From Patellaria atrata CBS 101060 (lineage: Eukaryota): 64,000 bases of DNA. The stretch is from contig MU006094.1 of assembly GCA_010093705.1 (NCBI GenBank), positions 1,277,550 to 1,341,549 of the forward strand, written 5' to 3'. Position 1 is the stretch's first letter, and each line of letters begins with the position of its first letter. Positions 12,029 through 24,940 of this stretch are shown here, in pieces. The notes below the pieces were generated by a model, which did no database searches, was not told the origin of the DNA, and worked only from the letters and a program-made list of their open reading frames with translations. The position numbers and the translations under genes are program-made.

Positions 12029-14183
12029 ATGAAACAACAAATCATGGATCTATATCAATACCAACTTCTACCTAGACTAGAGTACGACATCCGCAACCCT
12101 CGACAACGCCAACAATGGTTTCGGTTAGCAACTCTATCTCCAGGCATCGGACATGAGAATACAGAGCTCAAGCTTGAGAATTACGAATTATCGCATGCAC
12201 CTGCGTATGAAGTACTCTCATATTGCTGGGGTCCAGATGAGGGTCAGAACCAGGTCATTGTCAACAGTTTCTTTGGTGTAGGGCTTCTTCGAATCCGACC
12301 AAATCTCCGAGAAGCTCTTCTTCGACTTCGATTTCCCGATCTCCACCGCAGGCTCTGGATAGATGCTATTTGCATCAACCAAGAAGACAATGATGAGAAA
12401 GGTGTACAAGTCCAGATGATGAGAGATATATACGGACATGCAAATCGGACTATCGTTTGGCTTGGAGTTGGAGACGAGACTACCAATGCTACATTTGAAC
12501 TGGCAAAAAGAATTTCTATTGTCAGAGCCCAGGATGATAGTGCATTAGGCGATGTCTTTGGCCATTCCTACCGCATGGGACAATCCAAAGAGCGCGATGT
12601 TAGCGAACGCGGTATTATTGCTCAATCCGCATGGGAAGGCTTAGAGCGAGTATACTCTTCTGACTGGTTTTCACGTATATGGGTCGTTCAAGAAGTGCGA
12701 TCAGCCCGGTGGAGTATAGCGCTCTGCAGAAAAGCTGAAGCAACTGTACTTGAACTCTTATCACCTTTACCATATATATTATATACGTCCAGACAAAGAA
12801 TTGACGGTAATTTTAATTCTACGTTAGAGTTTTGGGATTTTGTATATATGGAAAGAACTAGCACTGAATCTTTAAACAACCTTTGGGGAACAAGACAGAT
12901 TTGCTAAACCTTCTAAGGGGACTCAAGACTTCCAATCTACTGACACTCGAGACAAGGTCTTTGCGCTTATAGGAATGAGTACTGAGGGTTCAGACGAATT
13001 ATATGCTATCAAAGGCGACTTTGATCCTAGGAACTCACTCTCATTTCCAAAAAGAATTGCCTGGCATGCCGTCACTAAGGCGGTCAAGTGAGCACAGGAG
13101 TATAAAGTACCCTTGGGTCTACCCCCTCTTAGGCCACTACAATCTGATCAAAACAAATCAGTTCAGGAGGTGTACCGTGACATCACCCGATATTTGATCT
13201 GCAAAATACCTCCGAAACTCGATATTATTTCAATGGTACATCATAACGGAGATCCCTACCAAGATGGGTTCCCTTCCTGGGTTCCCAGATTCGACAAACA
13301 TAAAAACGTTCGTTTCCCGATTAGAGCTTCGGGTTGCTATATGACCTCCCGGACGGTGGTAACCTCAGAACGTTTAGGTAGAGAACAAATCGATCCGAAT
13401 TGCCTACATCTTCAAGGAGTTTATCTTGACGTAATACACTCAATGAGTCATGAGATGAGCTCGAACGAGACATCTAGCCACTTTTCACCTGAAAGGATAT
13501 GGTCTGAAATATCTCCACTGGACATTTACTTCTCAGATCGCCAGTTATACTTCAATGGAGAGCCATTAGATATTGCATTCGGAATGGCTATGATTGGCGG
13601 TGAGATAGGGGCCTTCCAAGCCCTCATGGCGGTAGGCCAGATTAAGAGGGATGCCACAGATTTCTCTGCCGTGATAGATTCGAAAGAGGTCCTAATACAG
13701 TCCATGTCGCTCTTCCGAAATTTCCTCGTCGCGCATACAGCGAGTCAGGATAATTCGGAATCATATCCCCGAGAAGGCTCAGAAGAGGAAACAGCAATAC
13801 GTCTATTCTTTATGGCTGCTCAGATGCGGTGCACCGGCCGAAGAGTATTCTGGACGAAGCGTGGACGCCTTGGTCTTGGACCGCGTGCTATGAGGCCCGG
13901 AGACCTTCTGTATGCATTACATGGCGGGAGAGTACCTTTTGTCCTGCGACTTTGTAACGGTTATTATACGTTGATAGGAGAAGCATATGTTCGCGACGAT
14001 GATATCATGTGGGGTGATTATGCGGAGCGGCTGTCTGGCTCTGTTCGGAGAATTGAAATTCGAAAAGGAGAACCATTTCACCTGCTCAATGAAGATATCT
14101 ATAAGTGTCTATTCCCTCGGTTAGAAAGAAATACTATGATGCTAAGCAGAAGCTTGACACTACTAATATCCTCTGGATCATAA
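12029..14183 (+). pseudogene. HET-domain (HET-6-like) heterokaryon incompatibility gene, apparently disrupted
   Basis: HET motifs YEVLSYCWG, LWIDAICINQ, QVQMMRDIY, WFSRIWVVQEV, STDTRDKVFALIGM, PSWVP, GRLGLGP, GGRVPFVLR and LIGEAYV are spread over different frames. Frame changes near 12890-12920 and an in-frame TGA at 13089-13091. Confidence 0.75.
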
Positions 14184-15823
14184 GTACATGACCTGAAAAG
14201 CTATCGAGTCTCTAGAATCAAGGATTTGCCGGAGACTGCACATCAGGTGTACAGAACTTATAGTTGTCTACCGTACATACCACCAGACTGTATAGTAAAG
14301 GGGTCTTGTCGGTAGTTAGCTTTGAACGGCTCGCCAACATTTGTTGACCAAGTGCTTAAAATCGTACGAGTGTCAACCACGATAGATCGCTCTCTACTCG
14401 CCCCCGGGTCTCATTAAAACTTCTCTAGGGTTTGAGGGAGTAACAGATTACCTATGTAGTCTCAAGTATCAACTGCTGCACAAGTACAACCCAACCACCC
14501 CTTGCGTGACGCTGTACCGTCCATCCTGAAGAAAAAGTGGTGAGTCAGCATGAGAAGAACCGAATCATATGAGTAGAAATGAGGTAAATAGAACATTCCT
14601 ACACGTTTTTCCTAGCTATGTTGCACTTCTACTACAACCCCTTTTCTGTGGCGGGTTCATTGGAGGAGCATGCGGGATTATCCTTCCACCCGCAGGAGGG
14701 ATTTATCACAAGGATCATCGTATTTCTCGAAAGCTACATTGTGGAACTTGGGTTAGCTACAGATACCGGAGTGTGTATCCTGAAGCCATGTAAAGTTCAC
14801 ATTGGATACTATAACGCATCACAAAAACCGTTTCGTAAACCGTCGAGTTGTGAACTACACTTCCCCATCATCCGCCATTATTCCCCCAAAAAAAATCAAC
14901 AGTCACATCATCACATACCCTAGGCGAACTCTAACATGAATCCAACATCATCCATCGTCCTCCTTCTAGCCACCTCAGCGCTCGTCAAAAACACAACAAA
15001 ACTCTCCACATAGAGCAAAACAGATTGCGCCCACGTGATTCAAACAAATTACATCTTTCCTAACTCCGTTAGATGTAAACCCCTCTGTACGCAAATCTTA
15101 CCCTCCCTCACCTCCAATCTCGCTCATTTGAGCTTCTAGTCGATGTTGGGAGTTTGGGTGTCCATAGTCTCGATCCTAGCTGTACATGGACGTTCTTATA
15201 TCTATAGAATAGGGTAAGGGTTGTTTGATTCTGGTATGTGGAATGCTGATACGTAGATGAAATAGTGACGTATTAGTATGATCAGCTTTGTGCTCGCAAT
15301 CGGTATCGTGCGAAGGTTGGCAGTTGTGCTGCGTACGCGCGAGGGGCGCCAATCAAGGCGCTTTCGCACGATTGCTTTGCCTGAGGCTGGAGGATATGAT
15401 GCTGTATAGACGGACGGGACATAAGTCAGTGGCGGTAAGTTCTCGGTTACTGTACGCGTACTGTTGGTCGAGTCCTCCACTCCGCTGTACGGTAGTGGCG
15501 AAAACGGATAGGAGCTTCCAAGCGTAGAGAGTCCTGTATATCTGTACGGACATTTTGAAACTTATTTAGCATTTGGGACATGAGGGCGAGAAATAGCGTT
15601 CGGTACGTAGAGAGATGAAGGAGCGCTGAGTCCTGACTGTGACAAGAAAAATATCTTTTATTGGATGTAAAAGAGAGCAGATACCAGGATATACTGTATC
15701 TGGAATACCTTGAACCATGACTTATGCAAAACCCGCATCACATGTAGGCTACCCTATGTAAGACTACAATCTATATCACTATACTTCCCATTCAAACAGC
15801 ATCTGTTTCTCAGCTATAAACTT

Positions 15824-16171
15824 TCAATGCCAATATCCCGCCCAACCCCTAACCCTCTCCCTCCAAGCCCTCCTTGGACTTCTTGCAAACCTTGAACTCG
15901 AGCTCGACGTGCTCATTCCACTTGCCAAGCTCGAAAGGCTGTCGACCCGCTCATTCACGTCCTGTTCTGAAGCACTCTCAACGCCGTCGCAACGGTCACA
16001 TAGACCTACGCGGATGACTTCCGAATTCTGGATTCTGCTGCTGAGATTGTCGTCATCGAATTGAGAGAGCTGTGCTCGTTCTGTGCTTCCCATGTAGCAT
16101 CGGTAGCGGCAGAGACGGATGCGGGTGGAGATGCAGCCACAGGAGTGGCGGTAGTCGGTTGATCTGCACAT
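15824..16171 (-). CDS. Small Cys-rich hypothetical protein (MC-x8-CGC...C-x2-C), putative zinc-binding
   Basis: 115 aa ORF starting at ATG, with the MC...CGC...CxxC pattern common in small fungal proteins. Confidence 0.45.
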   Translation of the reverse strand: MCRSTDYRHSCGCISTRIRLCRYRCYMGSTERAQLSQFDDDNLSSRIQNSEVIRVGLCDRCDGVESASEQDVNERVDSLSSLASGMSTSSSSSRFARSPRRAWRERVRGWAGYWH

Positions 16172-17085
16172 ATGGGTGTCCTGTATAGGGAGAAGACAGA
16201 ACAGCAGATAGATGTGATTGGGGACTTTTTTGGCGGTTGATAATAATGGGCTATGTAATGGAGATATGCCTTAGCCGTATAATGCTGATAATTGTATGAT
16301 GTATGATGTATGATGTTTGATAGCTGAGCAAGCAAAGTGGATATGTTCAATGATGATTGCGCAAACAAGCTGAAGAATAAGAAGAAATATACGTTATGAT
16401 ATATGATTGCAAAGAAAAGGCATCGTGATCGGGATGTTCATGAGTTGTCTTAGAGATCTATACACGTGGTGCGCTATCACCACGAAACCGAAAGGAAATC
16501 TGAATACTCGGAAGATGAAAATTATGATAGAGATATATTGATCGTTTCCAAAACCATAGATATTTTTCTATTTGTTATACGCTGCCAATGATAAGATTAT
16601 CCCAGTACATCTCTGCTATTTGCTTGTGAAAGTATCTTTATGCTATAGTGAGAGCACCTGTCGTTCATTTGTATTATTTGTCCTGACAGTCTGCTTTTCT
16701 TTCAGCTGGTCGACACGGAGAGCAGCATATACTAAAGACTTCAAGTCTTATGAAATATGACTGTATTTGGAGTTAATGTGTTCTTGTGATGCTGGTCTTG
16801 AGACGAGGAGTGGGCGACTGACGAGACATGAGGTCGTGTGAGAGGATGGAAATGGTCTGCATTACATAAGCTACGCTAGTTAACTTATACAAGCCAGGTG
16901 CACCTCAGTATCAGACCATCACGGCAATTTATTTCGAAATAGTCCTCTTGCTGATGGAGCAACCAGACCATCTATATTCTCTCCAAACTCTCTCGTTGAA
17001 GGCTCGGTGAATCGCATCAGATATTTCGATACCATAAGGAGACCGTCTATTACTGTATATCAAGAATCTATCCCATCTCACAAAA

Positions 17086-17577
17086 ATGGCTCTGAATCGG
17101 ATAATCGACCCTTGGCAACTCCTCCGTATATCTCCACTGCTCCTCAGCACCGCAAGCATCACCTACGCCGGCTGTGAATCTCACTTCTTCAGCGTCTTCC
17201 TTGCGCCGGCGCATCGTGAGAAGTCGAACTCCCTCCTTCCTAGCTGGATGGAAGTGAGCTTCTACCGCGTCATCGGTCCGCTTATCGGTACATATACTCT
17301 CTGTGCTGGATTAGCGGGAGCGAACGCGTATCTGAACGGAGATATGATTGCGCCCGAGTCCTCAACTTGGTATCTTCGCGGAATGGTGTTTGGTCTGGGC
17401 CATTTCGCTTTTGTCCCGCTTGTTGCTGGGACGTTGGAGAGGATTATGAAAGATGTGTCGGGTGGAAGAAGCACGGAGGATATGGCGCATTGGTTGAAGA
17501 TACATCGGATTAGGATGGTTGTTGCGGATTTACCGGCTTGGCTGTGCTATATCAAGGCTGTGACATTACTGTTATGA
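17086..17577 (+). CDS. Small integral membrane protein (DUF1772-like)
   Basis: 163 aa single exon with about 4 hydrophobic segments, motifs LLRISPLL, GHFAFVP and WLKIHRIRMVVADLPAW, and AAAATGG start context. Confidence 0.75.
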   Translation: MALNRIIDPWQLLRISPLLLSTASITYAGCESHFFSVFLAPAHREKSNSLLPSWMEVSFYRVIGPLIGTYTLCAGLAGANAYLNGDMIAPESSTWYLRGMVFGLGHFAFVPLVAGTLERIMKDVSGGRSTEDMAHWLKIHRIRMVVADLPAWLCYIKAVTLLL

Positions 17578-18209
17578 TACGTCATTTGGGTAAGATATAG
17601 CAACAGACTGCGCTCTCTGATATGGACCATCTCGGGAGAAAGTTTATGTGCAGTGGATCAGACGAATGGATGCCATATAGCTGTTTCCCAAATCTTGAAT
17701 AGTGCAGTACTATTATTCTGTACGCTGCTACGTAGGGCGCCTAAATTCTGTACGAATGCTCTTGAGACTCCTTAGGACCCGCTGTATGTAGTTTAGCAGG
17801 TCATACAACCTTCTACAGCTGTACGGACACCCGGAATTGTAATATCCTGGCCACGGTACGGTTGTTCTTCATGATGGTCCTAGGACGTACGTGACCGACT
17901 ACGGCGCGCAAAGATCTCTAGCTGTACAAAACACTGTTACCATGTCTAACGTGAAATCTTACAGTACTTCCTTTTCGAGTCTTCGCATATATACGCAAAT
18001 ACCGTACAAGGCTTCTTCGTATGGTGATTGCTATAAAGGGTAGTCCACACGTCTCTCCTGATTGGCCAATATTTTATCTCTACGAATCTCGCGCTAGTGC
18101 TTCCTTGCAGGTTTTCGCGGGCCACGGACATCATAGCAAACTTTCCTTTTCTTTATCAAAAACTTCTACTCCTCGTGAAGTCTTAACCCGACGAACCATC
18201 CCACAAGAG

Positions 18210-20126
18210 ATGAGAGCTCATCATCTTCGTTCAGTCCCGATTCCATCACCCAGCTTGCTCCGATATCTTAAGGCTCAGGTAGATGCGCCATTCTGCTGTC
18301 GAGCACCTTCATCCCGACGCCTAGCTTCGACTACAGCTTTTTTTTCTGGCTTTGAGCCTATCCACCAGGAATTCATACCACTATATTCAGGACTACAATG
18401 GCCCTTCTCACGTACACCGACAGAGACGCCGATTCCAGCTCCGCAGAGCTATAAACCCTCGATTCTATATCCGCACCCACGGCAGCCTTTAAACCCTCGT
18501 AGGACCTTCACAAGCACACAGAAGAAAGATTCGATATGGAATTTCTGGCGCAGGAACCGGAAGCCTACTTCTCAATCAGAACCGCATGATCTGCCCCCGC
18601 TGGCAAGCTTTCTGGACGATAATGCGAGCTTGGGACGTATGCTGCGAGCTTCGAATGAGTTAAAGCTCAGATGCACCGAATTTGACGAAAACGGGAACGT
18701 CACGCTGGTTAACGGCGAGTTTAAAAAGAGTGAATTGATCGCGAAGGTCAGTAAAGTAACTATACCCCACATCCTAGTTGTATACAAGCTGCGCTGCGCT
18801 AGACGACATCAACTAACATTTCTGCTATAGTATGGCCTCCTCCCTCGTGATCTCCGCAAAATCGACTCATCCCTCCTCCCACATATACTTGTTCGCCCCT
18901 CCGCAATCCTTCTAAACCTCTTACACCTGCGCGTCCTGATACAGCATAACCGTGTCCTCGTCTTTGACGCTTACGGCACTGCGGATTCATACACGCAGTC
19001 TCTCTTCATGTACGACCTCGAGGGCAAGCTGCGCCAAAGAGAATCGCGGCTCGTCCCAGGTGGCGCTCTTCCCTACGAATTCCGCGCCCTCGAAGCCGTG
19101 CTCATCAGCGTAACAAGCGGACTCGAGAGCGAATTTGATGGTGTCCGAGACCCCGTAGTGCGGGTTCTTCGAGAACTGGAAGAAGACATCGACAGAGACA
19201 AATTGCGGTACCTCCTCATTTACAGCAAAAAGCTCGGCACTTTCGAGCAGAAAGCACGTCTCGTGCGCGACGCCCTCGAAGAACTCCTTGAAGCCGACGA
19301 CGACCTGGCCGCTATGTATCTCACCGCCAAGCATACGGGACACGCGCGCCCGGAAACGGACCACGCGGAGGTGGAGCTCCTGCTGGAGAGTTACCACAAG
19401 GTGTGCGACGAAATTGTTCAGGCGGCCGAAGGCCTCGTCAGCAACATCCGCAACACGGAAGAAATCGTCAAGGCGATTCTAGACGCGAATCGCAACTCCC
19501 TCATGCTGCTCGACCTCAAGTTCAGCATCGGCACCCTCGGCCTCGGCGCCGGAACCTTCGTTGCCGCCCTCTACGGCATGAATCTCAAGAACTTCATCGA
19601 GGAGTCCGACCTCGGGTTCTGGGGTGTCAGCGTCTGGTGCGCCATCTGCACCGTCGTCGTCTTCGGGTACGGACTCAGCAAATTGAGGAGGGTACAGAGA
19701 GTCAGCATGTGGGGTGAACGTGCGGGCGGGCTGGGCAGGGGCGGCGCCGGGAAGAACGGAGCCATCGACGGTGTCGGCATCGGGAGAATTCTACAGGGCT
19801 CTTTGGGGAGAGCTAATTCTTACGGCGCTGGGCCCAGCGGAGGCGTTGACGGTATGGGTGGTGTGGGTAGGTTGATGCAACCGGGGGAACGCAGAGCTCT
19901 CGAACGAGCGAGGAGGGGCATCGGTGTGAGTGTCGATGGGTCTGCAGGTGGCGGAACTACAGCGGTAGGCAGTCCCACCGCTGTCTCTGATGCGAGCCCA
20001 TCCGGCCCTAAGTCGTCGAAGGAAATCGCGGAGGAGATTTCGAAACGCCAGTGGGGGGGTGGACACACTGAGGAGGCCGGTCCGCTGCTCGAGAGGAAGG
20101 ATAAGGGGTCGGAACCGTCGGGTTGA
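18210..20126 (+). CDS. Mitochondrial inner-membrane Mg2+ channel, MRS2/LPE10 (CorA) family
   Basis: Basic presequence-like N-terminus, LRCTEFDENG, YGLLPRDLRKID, LPYEFRALEAVL, LDANRNSLMLLDL and the GMN motif (LYGMNL) with two TM helices. Intron at 18747-18830. Confidence 0.92.
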
Positions 20127-20802
20127 GACGCTTCCTACTCTCTCTCTTTCTCTCTGGTTTTGCTTTTGTGTAAAGTTGAACGGTTGTTGCTTTTTGCGTC
20201 TCCTCTCTGCCATTATGCGTCGCTTTTCTGCCGCTGGACTGCATAGCGAGGCGTTTGGGTCCGGGTATATAAGCTAGATAAGGTGTAAAGATATGGGAGT
20301 CTATGATGTTGGATTTTTTTTTCTTTTTTTGGGAAGAGCGGGGGGTACTGTATTTCTGCTGGGGGAGGATAGGAAAGATGGTGAGGTGAAGCTCAACTCA
20401 ATGTACTGTACTGTTCTGTATTGGGGGAGGGGGGGGAGGGGGGTATTGTACTCTACTGTAAGGTAGTAACTCTACACTAACCTGATTAAATCTACTCGGT
20501 AATGATATTGTGTATTTCCTCCGCTGGTTTGGCGTTGTTGGTTTTAGGGCTGCTGTGATTGGTGTATTGTTTGCCGTGGAGACATGAACATTGGCTTGGG
20601 ATGCTCGGCTGAGAATTGTAGTTTTGGGATTTATACAGATTTTTGGATTAGTGCAGTCCGCAGCCATTCGTACAGACCGACCTAATCCGTACAGCAGAGC
20701 CAGGGATATATATTGAGAAACAACTATACAACAAGCTAGCAGTACCACCAAAATGTGTAAACAAGGGTACGTAACTCTAGCGGCCCAAATGTAATCACAT
20801 TA

Positions 20803-23392
20803 CTACTTTATCTCCACCTTCGAAACCCACCTCTCCATCCAACTCCTCTCCCCCTCTTTTTGCTCATACCAGACCTCCCGACCACCTCTCCCATTCGTGA
20901 CCACGGTGTCTAGGATCCGGTTTGCGCAGCGTTCCCATATGCCCTTGACCACTAGTGACTCGATATTATCGACCCTGCCGCCACGGAGACGGGTAGCTGT
21001 ACGACGGATCTGTGCAGCGAGCTGCGTGTGGGCTGCATTGAACTGTTTGGCGAACTCTGGGGTTCTTGCGCAGGGGGGTGTTGAGCAGTCCGCCGGTTCT
21101 TTCTTCTGATTTTCAGAGGCGTCTGACACTTCGGGAGCAAATTCCCCTCCTGTAAAGCCGCTATCGACCGCGATATCCAAACAGAGTCCTTTCGCTTTAA
21201 TTTCTTCTAGGTCGGCATCTGGGGTAATTTTGAACAGGGGATCGGTCGCGAGGTGGTGATGAACCTTTTCGGCAAGTTGTGAATCTGCAAGTGAAATTTC
21301 CGTACTCTCAAGGAAGAAAGCGAGGGCAAGGTACCGGCGGAAGGATGCGAGGAGTGGTGTTGAGGTGGGGAGATTAGAGATTAGGAGTGCACGAGGGGTA
21401 GAGTCGGGGAGGGTGGTGAATATAATTGTGGTGAGAGTGTGAAGCTGTTCCTCTAAGCTGTTAGAGGGGTGGTGAGAGAAGAGTGAGGTGAGGGTGGTGT
21501 GGAGAAGAAGTTGGAGCGGTCCGTTGGAAAGGATATTTATATCGATGATCAGTAGTAGAAGGAGATAGATTGAACGGTTTCTAGTATCGAGCGAGAGTCT
21601 GAAATGATTAGGTTGGATCAAACTGAGGACAAAAATATTGAGTGCTTACGAGGGGCTTAGGGATTCAAGGAGGGTAAGTGTCCATTTTACTCCATGCGGG
21701 ATCTGTTGTCGAGGTACTTTGTCTGTTAGCAATAATTCGGAAAAGTATTATGTTCAGACGTACCATCAGGAAGTTGCTCCTCCAGCATGATTCCGTTAGC
21801 AGAATCTGTCATATGGATTTTGAACCCTAGACCTTGGAATAGCTTATTCAGCCGGTCGACGTCGAGCAGAGGTGCGGATATAGTATCACATGACTAATAG
21901 AGATAAGTACTCTCCAACAGTAATCTAAAGTGGTGATAATATTTACCTTAAGGACATTAATATAAGAATAACATAGATCCTCTCGGCCTGAATAACATAC
22001 TGGGACACTGTTAGAAAAACATATCCGTCTACAAGGTGATGAAACTCACAATCATCGAACATCCATAACACGATCTCATCAGGAAGCCCCTGGGTTGCTG
22101 CCATAGCCCTAATAAGTCCGGATTGAAATGCATTCTCCCTCTGTTTGGGATCTACGTATAGTTAGGTAAACCGTCGTATATGTAATACGGAAGCGTAAAT
22201 TTTCACCTTTCAGCAATTTGATCCACGGTAGACCAAAAGTATCCCCAGGAAATGGTTTCGGAGCCTTCTTGAGAGCTTTAGGATCATAGAAGTTCCATAC
22301 TTTTTCGTACTGTAGCGCATTGGTACGTGCTGCCGCTTCTAATAGTCTTCTTTTCCTATCCTGCTCACCGTTTCCATCTATAGCTACAACGAGCATATTG
22401 GTGATCGTAGCCGATGAATGGATGGAGGGTGTTCTGTCCGATTCTCTCATCTGTTCCTTTGCACTAGCCAATTTCGCCTCCGTCATTGCGCTTTCGTTGA
22501 TGTGGTCTATCAATGAACCAATCGAGTACTTTGGTCTTTTTGCTGCTGGTGGGGTAGGGAGATATCTTCCACTCCCTGACTTTGTCCCCCTAGAGAAGAA
22601 ATCCCGTTTTTGGTCGTCACCCCGCTTCTTTGCAATCGAACCTTGATCCTGATTCAGATGACTAGAGGAGCGCTTACGACCTGCAATCATGGCATCCAAA
22701 TCTGGTAGCTCAAGGGAGGAGTCTGATTCATCTTCGGTATCAGACGGCTGGACGAGTTCGACACCATTTTTCACAGTTCGTTTACTACCATTACTTGAGA
22801 AGGAGCTCGAAGGAGGGGTTTGTGACAGACTAGTCAGGGACGAACGGGACGCTGTAGTCGTTGATTCATGTCTATCAACTGAGGATTTGGGCGTCTGAGC
22901 GGGGGGTGCGGCCATTGAACTTGCGAGCGATTTGCGAGTATCAACTGCTCCATTTTTGCCCACTATGGACGCCCCATTGTTGAATGTTGGAGTTGATGGT
23001 CTAGTGTTCAAATCTTTATCCTTATTTGACGGCGCTTTGAATTGACTCTCCGGGTTTTGTAGTGTGGATGGTCGTTGAGGGGTTGGAGAGGATGGGCCTC
23101 GTTGCGAAGGGTTAAGCTGAGACGAGAACTGGCTGCGCGAAGACGGTGAGCTACGTATGGCGAATACTTCTACATGGCGATCCCTTGCACCAGGCGACGA
23201 CAGTATATCTCTTTTTGGAGATCTATCTGCGAATTAAAATTAACTTTTTCGGGCTCGCATTCATAGTGTAGTTGGATGCAAACCTTGTCGTGAGGAACCA
23301 GTTGCATCGTGACCTTTCCCAGGTTTTGGTTGGGTGAAGGGTTTGAAGAAGTTTGTAATATTTCGATTAGAGGGCAAATTACCTGGCGCCAT
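20803..23392 (-). CDS. Multi-exon conserved hypothetical protein (disordered N-half, helical C-half), possibly DNA replication/repair related
   Basis: Starts MAPGNLPSNRNITNFFKPF at 23392. ORFs 22109..23011 and 20803..21621 are joined through several short GT-AG introns. Confidence 0.7.
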
Positions 23393-23514
23393 AATTATCC
23401 CGTATCCCAAATACAAATTATCTGGGGATAGAAATGGTGGAGACCGGTGGTGTCGAGTACGGGACTGACCTCAGACTTGGGTATGCCGAATCTGGAAGTG
23501 CGTAAGGTAGTTTT

Positions 23515-23527
23515 ACGCGAAACGCGT
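23515..23527. promoter_or_regulatory. Tandem MCB/SCB-like cell-cycle elements ACGCGAAACGCGT
   Basis: Exact ACGCGT plus overlapping CGCGAAA about 125 bp upstream of the ATG at 23392, with another ACGCG at ~23650. Confidence 0.5.
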
Positions 23528-24317
23528 CACGTCAACGGTTGCACGTGTTTGTTACTGGATTCGTACAGATCACATGTTCAGACTAAAAATAACACAAAAC
23601 TACACAGTAATTGTACAACTGAAGGAGGAATAATGTTGTTCACTACTTTACGCGACATACGAGATGTGCACATTTTCTTCTGAGATTTGATTCCGCCTTG
23701 AAGGCCATTCTTTCTGCTCTAAGCCCAGGTGCCGTACTGTACAGTACTCTGTACTTTTCATTGGTTGAACATTCCAGACTACAAAGATAAAATAGAGTCT
23801 CCTTGAGTGGTGGCCTTGCTGGCTGTGTCGTTTAGGCGTCTCATGGATTGGATGAGATCAAACCTGGATAGTTTGCTCAGCTCATGAGCTATTCTCGAAT
23901 TTCTTGTAGTCTTTACCTAAAATAACCTGCGGTAAAGCAGTTGGGAGAGCGCAGTGGAGGGCCGCAGGAAGAAGTAAAATAAAGTTAATGGGTGGGAAAT
24001 ATGGGGTTGATTAAACATGCTTGAACTATGAATCTTTTTTGACAGGCCGGCCCGGATGTAAGTGTGGAATAATACCGGAGCTTTCTTGAAAACCCACGCC
24101 GACAAGAAACATCAGCTTGCCAGTGAAGTCGTAAAGTATAGAACGACAAAGCTGATGAAAGGTCTCCATGGTGAGTTAAAGGGGGAACTGTTCGGACATA
24201 ACAGCGGCTGATAAACAGACGGTCGCATCTGGGTCCAAAGTAGCCTCTTATTACCTATTTCCAGTATATCGCATTGACTTACATCTATCTTTTTGCGCAA
24301 TTGTAGTTCTAGTTAAC

Positions 24318-24413
24318 GGATAATAAGAATAATGATGATAATGATAATGATAATGATGATAATAATGATAATAATGATAATAACAATAGTAATAATAATA
24401 ACAATAATGATGA
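24318..24413. repeat. Compound (AAT/GAT)n microsatellite
   Basis: About 95 bp of ATA/ATG/ACA triplets upstream of the flippase gene; produces spurious poly-I/M/Y/H ORFs. Confidence 0.95.
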
Positions 24414-24940
24414 GGTCGCGTGTTACGAGCATGCAAGCAAGGGAGTTTGCGGTTTTTGTGCAGCCCTTTTCGCTCCGCCGTTGCTCTGTCAGCACAAGGT
24501 TTAGATACCCGTATCCCAAAACCTCCGCCGCCCGCTTGAGCACTAGTCATTCAGCCTCCCTTTCGACTCTTCACAACTCGACATCTACAACAATTGCGCA
24601 GAACTCGCCCTGATCCTCTTCTCCAACTCTTTCTCCACGTCGCCCAGAGTCCCTTCCTCCTGTGACTTACCGTTCGTTCAATCGCATACCTAATTATCTC
24701 TATCACCCTTGCGGCCCATCCCGCACTAACCGAAACTACCAACAACCTTCACCTCCGTGTCCTCAAGACACTCAGACACGAAACTCGGGACCGCCATTTC
24801 AACACGAACCAGATCCATATCCATACCAAAACACTTCAAATTGGCTTCTCGGACGGTATAGGGCCTTTCCGGCTTGGACCGGCCGTCCAGATCCAGCCTC
24901 TGGATTCAGGGAGGAGCAGCGATCCCGTCAACACCACGCA

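Noticed and set aside
15202..15553. Overlapping short ORFs
   Set aside because: No recognisable motifs, and the region is dominated by GTAC-type intergenic motifs.
24251..24613. Poly-Ile/Met/Tyr/His ORFs
   Set aside because: Artefacts of the AAT/GAT microsatellite.
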